A DNA stretch of 60,184 nt, the filler included, from Barthelona sp. PAP020 (lineage: Eukaryota): assembly GCA_040182905.1 (NCBI GenBank). It is 3 parts of 3 records of this genome, joined end to end, with 100 filler letters (N's around TTAATTAATTAA, not from the genome) between each part and the next. Parts side by side here need not be neighbours in the genome. Positions count along the whole stretch, not along the records: positions 20,129 to 40,156 come from JARQWU010000197.1; positions 40,257 to 60,184 come from JARQWU010000198.1; 1 more part is not named here. One strand, 5' to 3'. Positions 31,460-42,276 of the stretch are shown here, in pieces (position 1 is the stretch's first letter; every line of letters starts with the position of its first letter). The notes under the pieces are model-generated. The model worked only from the letters and a program-made list of their open reading frames with translations, did no database searches and had not been told where the DNA came from. The position numbers and the translations under genes are program-made.

Positions 31460-32098
31460 TTAATAAAGAATGGCACGAATTTCACGCTCTCCAATTTGAG
31501 TTTGATTCAACAAATTTATCAATCTTTTGGCTTGGGAGATATTTTTGCAATCAAAAGAAGCAACACCAAGAGATTCAATCTTACAACTTCCTTGAATACG
31601 GAAATTTTCAAAAACAATATTTTTAAATTCTCCACCAGTCATTTGATCAGGAATATTGTAAATTCTTACTGAAATTTTTCCAGAAAACTTTCTTACAGTA
31701 ACAGGACTAACTCCAATAATTAAATTTTTGCAACATTCTAAAACTAAATCAGCTGATCTTTCATTTGGAAAAGTTGCCACAATACGAGATTCACCTTGAG
31801 GTTCTAATTTCAATACAGCACTATAATTAGAAATAATTTGACGTAATTGATCAATTGAAGTTTCTTTGGGAACTCCTAAAAATTCCAATTCAACATTGTG
31901 AGTTCTTTCTTTGACAATTTTTTTGGATTGATTGCTTTGTTTTGTTGCATTTTTTGGGACAGGTGCAATTTGCTTGGCAGGTTTTCTTTGAGATTTTGGT
32001 TGAATTGGAGTTACAGTTTTTGTTTGAACAACACCTTTAATAGGAGATGTATTTTTTGTTTTTGTTTTCTTATTTGAAACATTCTTTGAATTAACCAT
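31460..32098 (-). CDS. Two-RRM RNA-binding protein with basic N-terminus
   Basis: ELEFLGVPKETSIDQL, VRIYNIPDQMT, AKRLINLLNQTQIGEREI. Confidence 0.7.
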   Translation of the reverse strand: MVNSKNVSNKKTKTKNTSPIKGVVQTKTVTPIQPKSQRKPAKQIAPVPKNATKQSNQSKKIVKERTHNVELEFLGVPKETSIDQLRQIISNYSAVLKLEPQGESRIVATFPNERSADLVLECCKNLIIGVSPVTVRKFSGKISVRIYNIPDQMTGGEFKNIVFENFRIQGSCKIESLGVASFDCKNISQAKRLINLLNQTQIGEREIRAILY

Positions 32099-32154
32099 GA
32101 TTGACAATAATTTAAAAAAAAAAAAAAAATTCTTTCAAACAAGATAATTGATCT

Positions 32155-34560
32155 TTACATCACAGAAGGCAATTGAAGATATTCACTCATTATATAAAAA
32201 GCCATTTCTTTTTGACCTTGACTAAAATAGAGATTTGAAAGATTGTGAGCAATATCAAAAGTCAAATCCAAATCACTCCCACAATTTGGATTTACCTTCA
32301 AAGCTTTTTTATAAAAATGTTCAGCAACCCAATTAAATTTTAAATGATGGAAGAATCGTCCAAAATTAAAAAGAACTTCCTGTTCATTATTTCTTTTACG
32401 ATTAACTTGATATAATGACAGGAAAGATAATCCTGTCAGCATCATTTTTATTCTTAAGTCGGACTTCGTTGTTCTTCGAGTTGAATAGTTTAGCAGAGCA
32501 ACTGACAAACACAAAAACAACAAAGGCTCTTTACCGGGATAATTTAATGCCTGCAGATATGCTTTAACTCCAAGTGCATACGTACCAGTATGCAAACAAT
32601 GATGTCCAATTAAAGTACTATATAGGAGGTCTTGTAAAGCTGTTTTGGTCTCTTTCTTTCTTTTATCATTAATGGCCGCATAGTTTCTTATTAAAAACCT
32701 CAAATGGGAGCTTGGTTCCGAGCAATGTAAAAGAGTTCTTTGAATTAAAGCCCAACCAATTGGACGTTCATAAGAACTAGCCAAGAAACGAGCTGAATTA
32801 TAGGCCTCCATGAATGATTGATTTTGAAATGCCAAACAAGCTCTTAAATGATGCACCTTTAATTTCAAATACTTTTCACCTAAATTGGCCTCTAAAAAAT
32901 AGGTAAGAGTATTTACTGCACTGTAAAGATCATCCTGTTCAAAATAATATTTGACTACCTTATTCACAATGTGACTTAACCTTGTCAAAGCAAAATTTCT
33001 GCTGACCTGATCAGCAATTGTATTATCTGAAGCAATTCTCAACAACTCAGTTGTCAATATGGCAAACTCATCAATATCAGAGCTCTCCATTCTATTCAAC
33101 CGTTGAATTCTGAAATCAACCTCAGCAGACTTTTCGCTACCTTGTAAATCAGAAATATCCTTGAACTGAAGTAAATCAGAATCAATTTCCACACTCATCA
33201 TTTCCAAAAGATGAATCAACCTCAAACGAATGGTAGAACTATGCGAAATATCGTAAGCTTCTCGGAGACGCTGAATAGCTTCTTCCACTCTATTCATTTG
33301 CTCAAAAATATCCGCAAAGAGAATGAGTAATTCGTCTGATTTTACTGTTGAAACAAGCCCTTCACAAATGTACAACGCTTCATCAAACAAATGACAATCA
33401 AAACAAATGTGAGCTAACCGTAAAAAAACATCTGAGTAAGAAGGATCCACAGGGTCATTCAAAAGAAGGAAAATGTGTTCTGAAGATCCCATTAAACAAT
33501 GGGCTCCAGCCAAATAAGCATACAATTCAATGGGTAAGGTACTCTTTGAGATTTCAGGTGGAACACCTTGTGTCATTTGTTTGGATGTATCAATTCCCGA
33601 TTGAACAATAACAACGGCTTCAAGATTTTCAATTATTTTTGTATATTGCTCTTGGGCATTTAACACCTCGCACAACATATTCAAGACATTATGTAAACCA
33701 TTGGTTGGTAAAACTTCAGTACTTCGTGATTGTACAGCAATTTTCCAATTCTCAATAACTTCTGATAGTATTTCAACAATCATTTTATACTTACCTTTGC
33801 CAAATAGTATCATACCCAGACTAGTAATAGCCTCTTCATTATTGGGGAACAATTTAACAATACGTTTCAATGTATATATCTTGCTGTACTCACGATTTAG
33901 TTGATCTAAAGTCTCCACTCTTGACCAGAGAGCCATTTCTTTCAAACTTAAGTCTTTGGTAATGTTAATAAATTTATCCAAACAAACCAACAATGAATTG
34001 TAATCTTCCAGATCTGTAGCCATGGAAATCAATGTTTTCCAACGTTCTTCATCCTTATCTTTTGTTAAATGTGCAGCTATGATGTTAAATTGTAAAGACT
34101 CAACCTTCTTATCTTGTTCTTCAAAAATTAAAGCCATAGTTGCATATGGTTCACTCATGGTTGGTGCTTCCTGCACTATTTTTCCAAGTAAAGTTAATGC
34201 TTTATCAAAATCTCCATCAGTAAAAGCTTTGTTGGCATCACCCAACAATTTTTGTATATGAGGAGGAACACGCTTCTTCTTTGTTCGTTTTTTTACATCT
34301 TGAGCTTTAAAATCATCAATTAATTCAACGTAAACACCAATATCTTCTGTATCTACATCTTTATCATCTTGAATTTGTTCTACATTTAATATAGCCGAAG
34401 ATATATCTATCCCTAACCTGTAATTGTCAATATCTGTGTCCAATGATCGAACGTTTTGAATTACACTTTTGGTCAGATTTTCCATCTCATTGTACATTTC
34501 TTCTTCTTCATCATATTCTTCTGTCGAGTATCCATCATCAATATATCCAGGTGGATCCAT
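32155..34560 (-). CDS. GTF3C3: TFIIIC TPR subunit (Tfc4/tau131)
   Basis: LLGDANKAF..GDF.KA...IVQEAP...EPYATMA.IFE; C-terminal QEVLFNFGRFFHHL...A.HFYKKAL...DIAHNLS.LY. Confidence 0.88.
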   Translation of the reverse strand: MDPPGYIDDGYSTEEYDEEEEMYNEMENLTKSVIQNVRSLDTDIDNYRLGIDISSAILNVEQIQDDKDVDTEDIGVYVELIDDFKAQDVKKRTKKKRVPPHIQKLLGDANKAFTDGDFDKALTLLGKIVQEAPTMSEPYATMALIFEEQDKKVESLQFNIIAAHLTKDKDEERWKTLISMATDLEDYNSLLVCLDKFINITKDLSLKEMALWSRVETLDQLNREYSKIYTLKRIVKLFPNNEEAITSLGMILFGKGKYKMIVEILSEVIENWKIAVQSRSTEVLPTNGLHNVLNMLCEVLNAQEQYTKIIENLEAVVIVQSGIDTSKQMTQGVPPEISKSTLPIELYAYLAGAHCLMGSSEHIFLLLNDPVDPSYSDVFLRLAHICFDCHLFDEALYICEGLVSTVKSDELLILFADIFEQMNRVEEAIQRLREAYDISHSSTIRLRLIHLLEMMSVEIDSDLLQFKDISDLQGSEKSAEVDFRIQRLNRMESSDIDEFAILTTELLRIASDNTIADQVSRNFALTRLSHIVNKVVKYYFEQDDLYSAVNTLTYFLEANLGEKYLKLKVHHLRACLAFQNQSFMEAYNSARFLASSYERPIGWALIQRTLLHCSEPSSHLRFLIRNYAAINDKRKKETKTALQDLLYSTLIGHHCLHTGTYALGVKAYLQALNYPGKEPLLFLCLSVALLNYSTRRTTKSDLRIKMMLTGLSFLSLYQVNRKRNNEQEVLFNFGRFFHHLKFNWVAEHFYKKALKVNPNCGSDLDLTFDIAHNLSNLYFSQGQKEMAFYIMSEYLQLPSVM

Positions 34561-34758
34561 TTTAACAATTAAACTCTAATAATACAACTGCAAATTTTTT
34601 TTTTATATTGTTTGTGAACAACAACACGTTTTGTTTAACATTTTAATAGATTAAAAAAAAAAATCTAATGTTTTCTGCAAACAAATTTCTTATTTTGCCT
34701 GATTATTTTTTGAATTTCAATATCCATTTTGAATTCGAATTTTGAACTTGTTTTTTTG

Positions 34759-35160
34759 ATGTCCGCTCTTGAAACACCAAAATTAACCAAATTATCCATT
34801 GATTTAGATGATCTAATTCTTCCTTCTTCACGTTATTTTACTTCTTTACATTTCTAGACTAATGTTTTAGCTGATAATGAGTTGATTAAACTTGTTGAGA
34901 ATAATTTGAGTGCTGATAGTTTTTCGCAAAAGATTGGTTCAAGCAACGATTTTTCTTTTGTTTGTCCAAGTAGTCCTTCCGATATACTAAAAACCAATTC
35001 CCCTTTCCAAAATCATCCTGTATTACAAAAAATAAATTATAGCAGTCCCAAAAGACGACCCTCTTCTTTGAAAATGGTATCTGGTTACATTGCTCCATTT
35101 GAAAGTCCTTTTGAAAATGAAAATGACGATTCTTTAGATTTTGAATATGAATCAGACTGA
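34759..35160 (+). CDS. Small SP-rich hypothetical protein, two exons (34759-34831, 34871-35160)
   Basis: MSALETPKLTKLSIDLDDLILPSS joins in frame to PDNELIKL after removing 34832-34870. Confidence 0.65.
34832..34870 (+). other. 39-nt spliceosomal intron
   Basis: GTTATT...GACTAATGTTTTAG; contains an in-frame TAG, and removal supplies the ATG lacking from the downstream ORF. Confidence 0.7.
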
Positions 35161-35253
35161 CTGTAATTTGACTTATCTTACATGTAAATAGAAATTTAGT
35201 TGATTGTTGAATTCATTTTTTTTTTTAATTTTAAACTTCGATATAAGTGCTTT

Positions 35254-36816
35254 ATGCTGACGAATACTGTTCCTGTTGCGTTAGAAGAAGCGCCAACACA
35301 ATTATCATCAAAAGCGAGAAGAGAATATATTACAACTTCGCTTTATTCACCATATGCCAGAAAACCTGCCGTGTTATCAAAGAAAAAACAGTACAAAAAG
35401 AATGAAAAAACATCTGATGACATGGATATTCAAGAATTTTTTCCTGAGATGGGTATTGCTGATCCCAATAATCCTGAAACAGTTGAATATTTTAGAAAAT
35501 ATAATAACATAATGAAATATATGTTTGGTGATCGTTACGATGCGAAAAAAGTGCGAAAAATAATGAAAAAACAACAAGCAGAAAAAGTAAAGTACAATAA
35601 TTTAAAAGTTTTTCATCACACAGATCCAAAAGTACCAAAAGAAATGCGTCATTTAACTCCAGAGCTTGGACAAATAGCTCAAACTACTTTTAGAATGTCA
35701 TTTGCTAGTCAACTTTTAAGGTTATTGATTGCTTCTTTTAATGATAAAGATTTGAACGAAGATATTCATTTTCCAACGAATATTATTCGTAAAATTGATA
35801 GTTTTGCTGAACAATATAAAAATAGCATAAATATTCAGACTGCTGCTCGAGTTTATTCTCTTGTTTTATCTGGAAAATTACCTCATAGTCGATTAGCAAA
35901 GGCAGATGTTGGAAACTATCTTTCTCTGCTGAATAAATTATTATCTGATTCATTAACTACACTTGAGATCGACTTTGAGGAAATTTCACCCGCAGTTATG
36001 ACAGTTGATTTACATGACCCCAAAAATGGCTATATTTCGTTGTGGTTTGTTTTTCCACCAAACACAGTTCCTCCCCCAGAGACACCCATTATAGATAGAA
36101 ACGATTTGGAAAGCATGGAAGAAAATGAATATTCCAAGAACGATCTTGCCAAACAGCACAAAAAAATGAACAAGCTCATCAAAGAAAAAGATGAATTCAC
36201 AGATAAAGAACTTGATGAAGAGGAACGTCGATTGGAGATTGAAGAACAAATAGAAATGTTTTTATATGACTCAATGGAAGAAATGGAGAAACAACAGATG
36301 CAACTGTTTGACAAGTTCTATTATATGAAATTTGTTGAAATGGAAGCCATGACAAAACTTGATGTGGATATATTAGATTATGAGTTACCCAAGCATCTAA
36401 AGATTTTAAGAACTTCTGTTCCTGTTTTAAAAGAGAGTATTTTGGCTCAAGGTGTATATTATGAAACAGCAGAAATCCTTGAAGCTGCTGGCTCTTCACA
36501 ACAAGTACAAGGGCTGATTAATGATCTGTTAGAATTAGTTACAAAAATTCAAAGATTACTTCCTCAACTTAAACAAATCAGAACTGCTTTTGCTGCTTTG
36601 AGAATTATACCATCTGAAAATAAAGAAGATTCAGACCCCGCAAAATTAATGAAAAGAACAGAAAAAATTATGGACAAATTATGTATTCATCCAAATTATC
36701 AATTGAAAAAGAAACAAAAAGTCACACTTCAATTATTTGTTGATTTAATTGATGACATGGTTGATGATTCTGAAAACATTGTTGAATCATTAAACTTTGT
36801 TTTGAAACAATTCTAA
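35254..36816 (+). CDS. Hypothetical protein
   Basis: ~520-aa ORF with charged helical segments; first ATG at 35254. Confidence 0.75.
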   Translation: MLTNTVPVALEEAPTQLSSKARREYITTSLYSPYARKPAVLSKKKQYKKNEKTSDDMDIQEFFPEMGIADPNNPETVEYFRKYNNIMKYMFGDRYDAKKVRKIMKKQQAEKVKYNNLKVFHHTDPKVPKEMRHLTPELGQIAQTTFRMSFASQLLRLLIASFNDKDLNEDIHFPTNIIRKIDSFAEQYKNSINIQTAARVYSLVLSGKLPHSRLAKADVGNYLSLLNKLLSDSLTTLEIDFEEISPAVMTVDLHDPKNGYISLWFVFPPNTVPPPETPIIDRNDLESMEENEYSKNDLAKQHKKMNKLIKEKDEFTDKELDEEERRLEIEEQIEMFLYDSMEEMEKQQMQLFDKFYYMKFVEMEAMTKLDVDILDYELPKHLKILRTSVPVLKESILAQGVYYETAEILEAAGSSQQVQGLINDLLELVTKIQRLLPQLKQIRTAFAALRIIPSENKEDSDPAKLMKRTEKIMDKLCIHPNYQLKKKQKVTLQLFVDLIDDMVDDSENIVESLNFVLKQF

Positions 36817-36990
36817 AGTTTTTTATTTGATGTAAATTAATTATTGTATTTCACTTATTATTTATTATACATAACATGAAAATACGCTTTTTTAAATGTT
36901 TGTTGGATTCAAAAGAGTTGAAAACTTGAAAAGAATGAGTCATTGTTGAAATTTTTTTTATTGTTGTTTGAAACAAAAATAGTTATTTGA

Positions 36991-38631
36991 ATGAATAGTC
37001 GAAATAGAGTTAGACGTGGAATTCAATCTTTAGATTATCGATCAAGAAGAGATAAAGATGTTTCTTTATCAAGAAAAGAATTTAGACGTCAAATGATGGG
37101 AGAATATAGACAAGAAGTTGATAAGAAGATTGAACAACAGTTTTTAGAAGTTATTGAAGAAGAAATAATTGACTTATTAGATAGAATTAATACATACAGT
37201 AATTCATTGGAATTTGATGTTGATTTATTAAAAGAATTAAAAGAATTAATACGTAGAAGTTCACCACATCCTCATAAATTAATTATTGAGAGTGGTATTG
37301 TTCAAAATTTCATCAATTTTTGTATCGAAAAATCCACTGAAATTTCCGAGGAAATATACTTAATAGTTTGGATTTTGAACAATTTATGTGGTGGTTCTTC
37401 ATATATTACTCAATTTTGTATGTCTCATGGCATTGTTGATATGTTAATGAGATTATTAATTGAAAACGAAGAGCCTAAGATTAAATGGCAGGCCATTTGG
37501 TGTCTAGGAAACATAATGTCGCACGATATTCAATCAAGAGATCGAGTTTTGGCCTATAACCCCCTTGTTTATATATGTCGTTTCATTGAAGATCTTAATG
37601 AAGCAATGGTTGATTTGGCATCCAATGATGAGTCAGATGATGTAAAATTTAGGGAATTATCACAAATCATGGAAACTTGTGTTTGGACGATATATACTGT
37701 TTTTTTACACATACCGTATCCATTGACTCAATTGCGCATTGTTGGCGAAATACTATTGACTACTCTTTCAATAGAAGAAAATGACATTGTTTTAGCTTGT
37801 TTGAAAACACTTCGTAACATATATCGGTCTAACGAGTTGGCACATTGTGATGATGTGGAAGACATATTACCATCTGATATGATTCTTGATTTAATTTTCT
37901 CGTTGATTGAAGAAAACCATATGAATGAGAACAGTGAGATTTTGCTAACTTGTCTAGCAGTTTTGGGAAATATGAGCCATTATCACGAGTTTGCCGACAT
38001 GTTTTTTGACAATATGAATTTTGAGCTTTTCAAATCGCTCATTCTTGAAGGAACTATCAAGTGTCAATATAGTTGTACATGGGTAATGTCCAACTATTGT
38101 TTATTTTCATCCAAACATGTCGAGGCTTTTATTGAGTCAGGAATAGCCAACGATATCATACAGTTACTGTCATGTGAAGTCAGCGATATCCGAACCGAAT
38201 CAATTTGGTGCATCTGTAATGCAATCCATTCAAGTTCAAACGAACAAGTACATTGGTTTGTTGATAATGGTGTTATCTCTCCTTTGGTGAGCCTTCTATT
38301 GATCCAAAATTCACAAGTTATTTTGTTAATTGTTGAAGCTTTCAAGAGAATTCTTGAGACTTCTCCAGATTATGAAGATAGTGGGGAAAATTTGTATAAA
38401 TTATTCATTCTAAAGTGTAATGGTTATGAATATTTAATTGAGTTGACCTCTCACAGTGATTCTGGGGTTAGACAAGCAAGTGAACGTTTATTGGCTCAAT
38501 ATTTTTTTGAAAATGATGATTCAGACAATTTTAACAGAATAGATGTTGACTCAGATTTTTATGTCAAAGAAGATGTTGAAGACAACAGTGTTTGCGATGA
38601 TGAAATGTTTGAAGTTGGTAACGAAACGTAA
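36991..38631 (+). CDS. Importin-alpha-like ARM repeat protein
   Basis: Arg-rich IBB-like N-terminus; WILNNL, QAIWCLGNI, WVMSN, WCICNA; LTSHSD..VRQAS.RLL.QYF. Confidence 0.88.
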   Translation: MNSRNRVRRGIQSLDYRSRRDKDVSLSRKEFRRQMMGEYRQEVDKKIEQQFLEVIEEEIIDLLDRINTYSNSLEFDVDLLKELKELIRRSSPHPHKLIIESGIVQNFINFCIEKSTEISEEIYLIVWILNNLCGGSSYITQFCMSHGIVDMLMRLLIENEEPKIKWQAIWCLGNIMSHDIQSRDRVLAYNPLVYICRFIEDLNEAMVDLASNDESDDVKFRELSQIMETCVWTIYTVFLHIPYPLTQLRIVGEILLTTLSIEENDIVLACLKTLRNIYRSNELAHCDDVEDILPSDMILDLIFSLIEENHMNENSEILLTCLAVLGNMSHYHEFADMFFDNMNFELFKSLILEGTIKCQYSCTWVMSNYCLFSSKHVEAFIESGIANDIIQLLSCEVSDIRTESIWCICNAIHSSSNEQVHWFVDNGVISPLVSLLLIQNSQVILLIVEAFKRILETSPDYEDSGENLYKLFILKCNGYEYLIELTSHSDSGVRQASERLLAQYFFENDDSDNFNRIDVDSDFYVKEDVEDNSVCDDEMFEVGNET

Positions 38632-38923
38632 TTGTGTAGCTCTTGTCACCAAAGTTTAATTGTAAGACTGCTTGGTTGGAATATTTTTCGATTTGAGGAG
38701 CCTCTATATTCTCCTGAAATAATATCTGAGAATTGAGAATTTAATAACTATTCTCCATTGTTGTTTGACATATGTTTCTATAATTGTATTTTTTTGTGCA
38801 TTTGATCATATTAACACACAGCATCAATTTTGTATGTTGAACGTTTGTAAATATACTGGCCTTTTTTTCTTTTTTATTATTATTTAATTCTTGATCACCT
38901 TTTTTGTTCTTTGAAAAAGGAAT

Positions 38924-39728
38924 AGATTTCACACAAAAGATAAGACAAAGGTGTTTAAGTTTTTTCTTGCAATTTCTGATATTAAAACTTGTTGATAAAT
39001 GGTTTGCAGTGATTTGAGCAAAATGTATCACAGAAGGTAATTCACAAGGGCAAAACGGGGAATGTCGGGATGCATTCGTGCATGTTAACTAATACTTCAC
39101 ATTATACCAGCAAATTTTCCATATTCCTAATCTCTAAATACTGAAGGTTTATGTCACAAAATTTCAGCAGTCAACTACGACTTTGCAGGAAAAATTTTCC
39201 GGCAATCTTTACAAGTTTGAATTTCAAATTTTGAAGAAATTCATCAAAAATAACATTGATGAACAATACAGCATCACAGAAAGTGGATTCTTTCTTTTTT
39301 ATAAAGGGCAATCAGTTTACAAACCAGAATCAGAGCAAGAATTGACAAGTGTTCGTCAAAGCGGATATATTTCACGTAAGACACAATATAAATGCGTTTA
39401 AGGTTTCTTCTTGCAATTTCTGATGTTAATGGGTATCAAAATTGAAAAGCTCAAACAATAACATGAAATCGTAAGAATGCTAAGAATAAGGATACAAGTG
39501 TACACAATAGGTAAGCAAGGAATTACAAGGTTTCATCAAGGAAACCCACAGAAGAACAATCAAGATTTATTGGCAAGAAAGAAAAAGATTATTAAACTTT
39601 TATTCAGATAATTCCCCATCCACACCTAAAGTATTTCTTTTCTTTTTTGGAGTGTTCTTAACCATCCACGTAAAACGACTCAATTGCAAGTACCCCAAAC
39701 TCTAACTGAGAATAATAAAGGTCTTTAC
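38924..39728. repeat. Composite repeat: partial A (38924-38985), C (39040-39350), A (39347-39625), B (39648-39728)
   Basis: Each block aligns by eye with copies at 76-742 and 24456-25295. Confidence 0.8.
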
Positions 39729-40106
39729 TGATTTATGAGTTGAAACATCGAAATATCTAACATATGAAAATCTGAGCATGTCCAACTCAAAAATGTTGTA
39801 AAACTTGCACGAAAAAAAGACGACAGTTTACTCAAAAACTCCATCAATGTGGAAGCGATGTTTGACTGGTAAAGAAAGAAAAATTTCCCTAAATATTCAA
39901 AAATTTTGATTGATAATCATTTATTTGTTTCATCATTAGTCTAGTTTTCAGAATCAAATTTTTTTATATGCAAAAGTGAAAGAAAGGTCAAGCTGCTAAC
40001 TTTTTAACCACAACCCCTACACCCAAGAGTTGGATATAAACTATTCAGAATTTAATGTAATAAATAACCAAAAAGAAATGTATTCTCAAAAATTTACCGG
40101 TTAAAC

Positions 40107-40156
40107 TTAATCATCATCACTTTCATCAGCATTTTCATCAATATATTGATGCATAT
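40107..40156 (-). CDS. 3' end of a gene with the shared NM-x-QYIDE acidic tail (cut by linker)
   Basis: Translates (N)MHQYIDENADESDDD*, versus NMRQYIDEEMKDDDSDDNDD* of the ankyrin protein. Confidence 0.65.
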
Positions 40157-40256
40157 NNNNNNNNNNNNNNNNNNNNNNNNNNNNNNNNNNNNNNNNNNNN
40201 TTAATTAATTAANNNNNNNNNNNNNNNNNNNNNNNNNNNNNNNNNNNNNNNNNNNN
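40157..40256. other. Artificial join linker N44-TTAATTAATTAA-N44
   Basis: Identical to the first linker. Confidence 0.97.
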
Positions 40257-40258
40257 CT

Positions 40259-40360
40259 TGTAAAACTTGTTGTGGATTCTTTCTTTACAATGCAGTTCCA
40301 AATATTTGGACAACTATTGGGCATTGTCCTTTCTGTCATGAAGAGAAGAAACCTGAGTAA
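40259..40360 (+). CDS. 3' fragment with zinc ribbon, probable IFT122 C-terminus
   Basis: CKTCCGFFLYNAVPNIWTTIGHCPFCHEEKKPE*; CxxC-x18-CPFC spacing as I recall for the IFT122 terminal zinc ribbon. Confidence 0.55.
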   Translation, partial: CKTCCGFFLYNAVPNIWTTIGHCPFCHEEKKPE

Positions 40361-40713
40361 AGAAAAAACTTTGTTTTTACGAAAAAAATTAGTTCAACTT
40401 TGATGCAAGAAAAGGAAAGACACCCACTTCACTCAAGAAAATTTATTTATTTGAATAATTGATCATGGATATAAAAAAAAAAGGTCCAATTGTACAATAA
40501 GTATTTAATTTTTCAGGAAAAACAAAAAAAGAACTCATTTTGTGAGAAAAAAAAATTCCTTCATTTACAAAAAAAATGCAAAAATAACAATGAACATTGC
40601 ATGTTTGCAATTTGAATCAAAATCCAATTTTGATAAAAACTGCACAAAATTTTCAAACCAACATCAAATAAAACCAATACAAATATCAAATTTAAAAAAA
40701 AAAGGAAAAAAAA

Positions 40714-42276
40714 TTATCTCCTATTTTCCAATTGTGCCAAACGATTGACAATATTTTTTCTTTCAAACGCTAATTGTTCAATATTTTCAGCAAGATTTGA
40801 ATTTTTTGATTTCAATCTTGAAATTTGCTCATTTAAGTTTGTATTTTCTTCTTCGATTAAATTGTATTGTTTTGTTTTTTCCTGTAAGATGTATATCTTT
40901 TCAATAGCCTCTTTTATTCTACTGCGAAGTTGTTCATTTTCATTTTTTAAAATCGTTAATCGATTCGTATTCTTATCCAACCATTTAGTCTTAGCTTCCA
41001 ATTCTACACCCATTAATCTATTGGATTTTTGTAAATTAATAATTAAAGCTTCAAGTTCTTCATTTTTATTTGACAATTTTTCAACATTTTTCTCTTGGTC
41101 TATCAATTTTTTACTCAAAAGATCATTCTTTTCAGTAAAATTTGTTATTTTAGTCAAAAGTTGTGAACTATTTTGTTGCTCATTTGTGGTTTGTTCCTCA
41201 AATATGTTATTTTGTGTTATTAAATGATCCATTTTCAATAATAATTCAGTAATTTCTCGTTCTTTACTTAACAACTCTTTTTCTTTTTCAAGATTATCTT
41301 TGTTCAACTCATCATTCTTAACATTCAATTCATTTATCTGTTGATCTTTCTCTAGAATAATTTCATCATTTTTCATCATTATTTCAATAATTTGCTGATC
41401 TTTTTCTTTAATTATTTCATCTTTCTTATAAATATATTCATTCATTTGTTGATCTTTCTTCAAAATTTGATTCTCAATTATATTCTGTTGTTTGATATAA
41501 TGGTCACTTTTCAACAATAACTCAGAAGTTTCTCGTTCTTTATCTAAAAGTTTCTTTTCAAGAATAATATTCTCTTTCTTTATTTCTTCGCATTTTTTTA
41601 CTAATTCATTAATATGTTGATCTTTAGCAAAATATTGATCATTCAAAACAGTGAACTGTTCATTTAATTCGGAAATATTAAGAACAAGAGTTTCGGTTTT
41701 TTCTTTTTCTTTTTTCAACAAATCCAAATCATTTAAATGTCTTTTATTCAAATTTTCAACCTTTTCAACCAAATCTAACCTAGTTTTATCATCATCTTTC
41801 ATTTGTTCTTTTAAATTACTATTATCTTCTAAAGTTTTTGTCAATATATCATTATATTCAACATTCTGTTGTTTAATAACATTTATTTCTTCATTTAAAT
41901 GTGTGAAATGATCTTTCATTTCTTCAATTTCAAAATCTTTTAAGCTATTTTGTTTTTCTAAATCACTTAAATTAGTCTTTAACTCATTTATTTCTTTGTC
42001 TTTAATTCGATTATTCAATTCAACAATTTCATCTTGTGCAAAATCAAGTGAAATGGAAGTGGAACCTTTTTGATTTATCAATGACAATAATTCTTCTTGT
42101 TTCATTTCAAATTCTGTCCCAAAAAAATCTAATATAGTCAAAATTCGCAATTTTAAATCAAAATTCTCTTGTTTTAAATCGTCAACCAAAAAACCCAATT
42201 CATTTAAAGATAAACTCGACTTTGAAGGAGAAACCATCAATAGATCATCTTTTCCTGGAGTCTTTGGAAAATACAT
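40714..42276 (-). CDS. Coiled-coil protein with N-terminal centrosomin CM1 (Cnn_1N) motif
   Basis: LSLNEL..LVDDLKQENFDLKLRI followed by long heptad region with KDQQINE-type repeats. Confidence 0.8.
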   Translation of the reverse strand: MYFPKTPGKDDLLMVSPSKSSLSLNELGFLVDDLKQENFDLKLRILTILDFFGTEFEMKQEELLSLINQKGSTSISLDFAQDEIVELNNRIKDKEINELKTNLSDLEKQNSLKDFEIEEMKDHFTHLNEEINVIKQQNVEYNDILTKTLEDNSNLKEQMKDDDKTRLDLVEKVENLNKRHLNDLDLLKKEKEKTETLVLNISELNEQFTVLNDQYFAKDQHINELVKKCEEIKKENIILEKKLLDKERETSELLLKSDHYIKQQNIIENQILKKDQQMNEYIYKKDEIIKEKDQQIIEIMMKNDEIILEKDQQINELNVKNDELNKDNLEKEKELLSKEREITELLLKMDHLITQNNIFEEQTTNEQQNSSQLLTKITNFTEKNDLLSKKLIDQEKNVEKLSNKNEELEALIINLQKSNRLMGVELEAKTKWLDKNTNRLTILKNENEQLRSRIKEAIEKIYILQEKTKQYNLIEEENTNLNEQISRLKSKNSNLAENIEQLAFERKNIVNRLAQLENRR

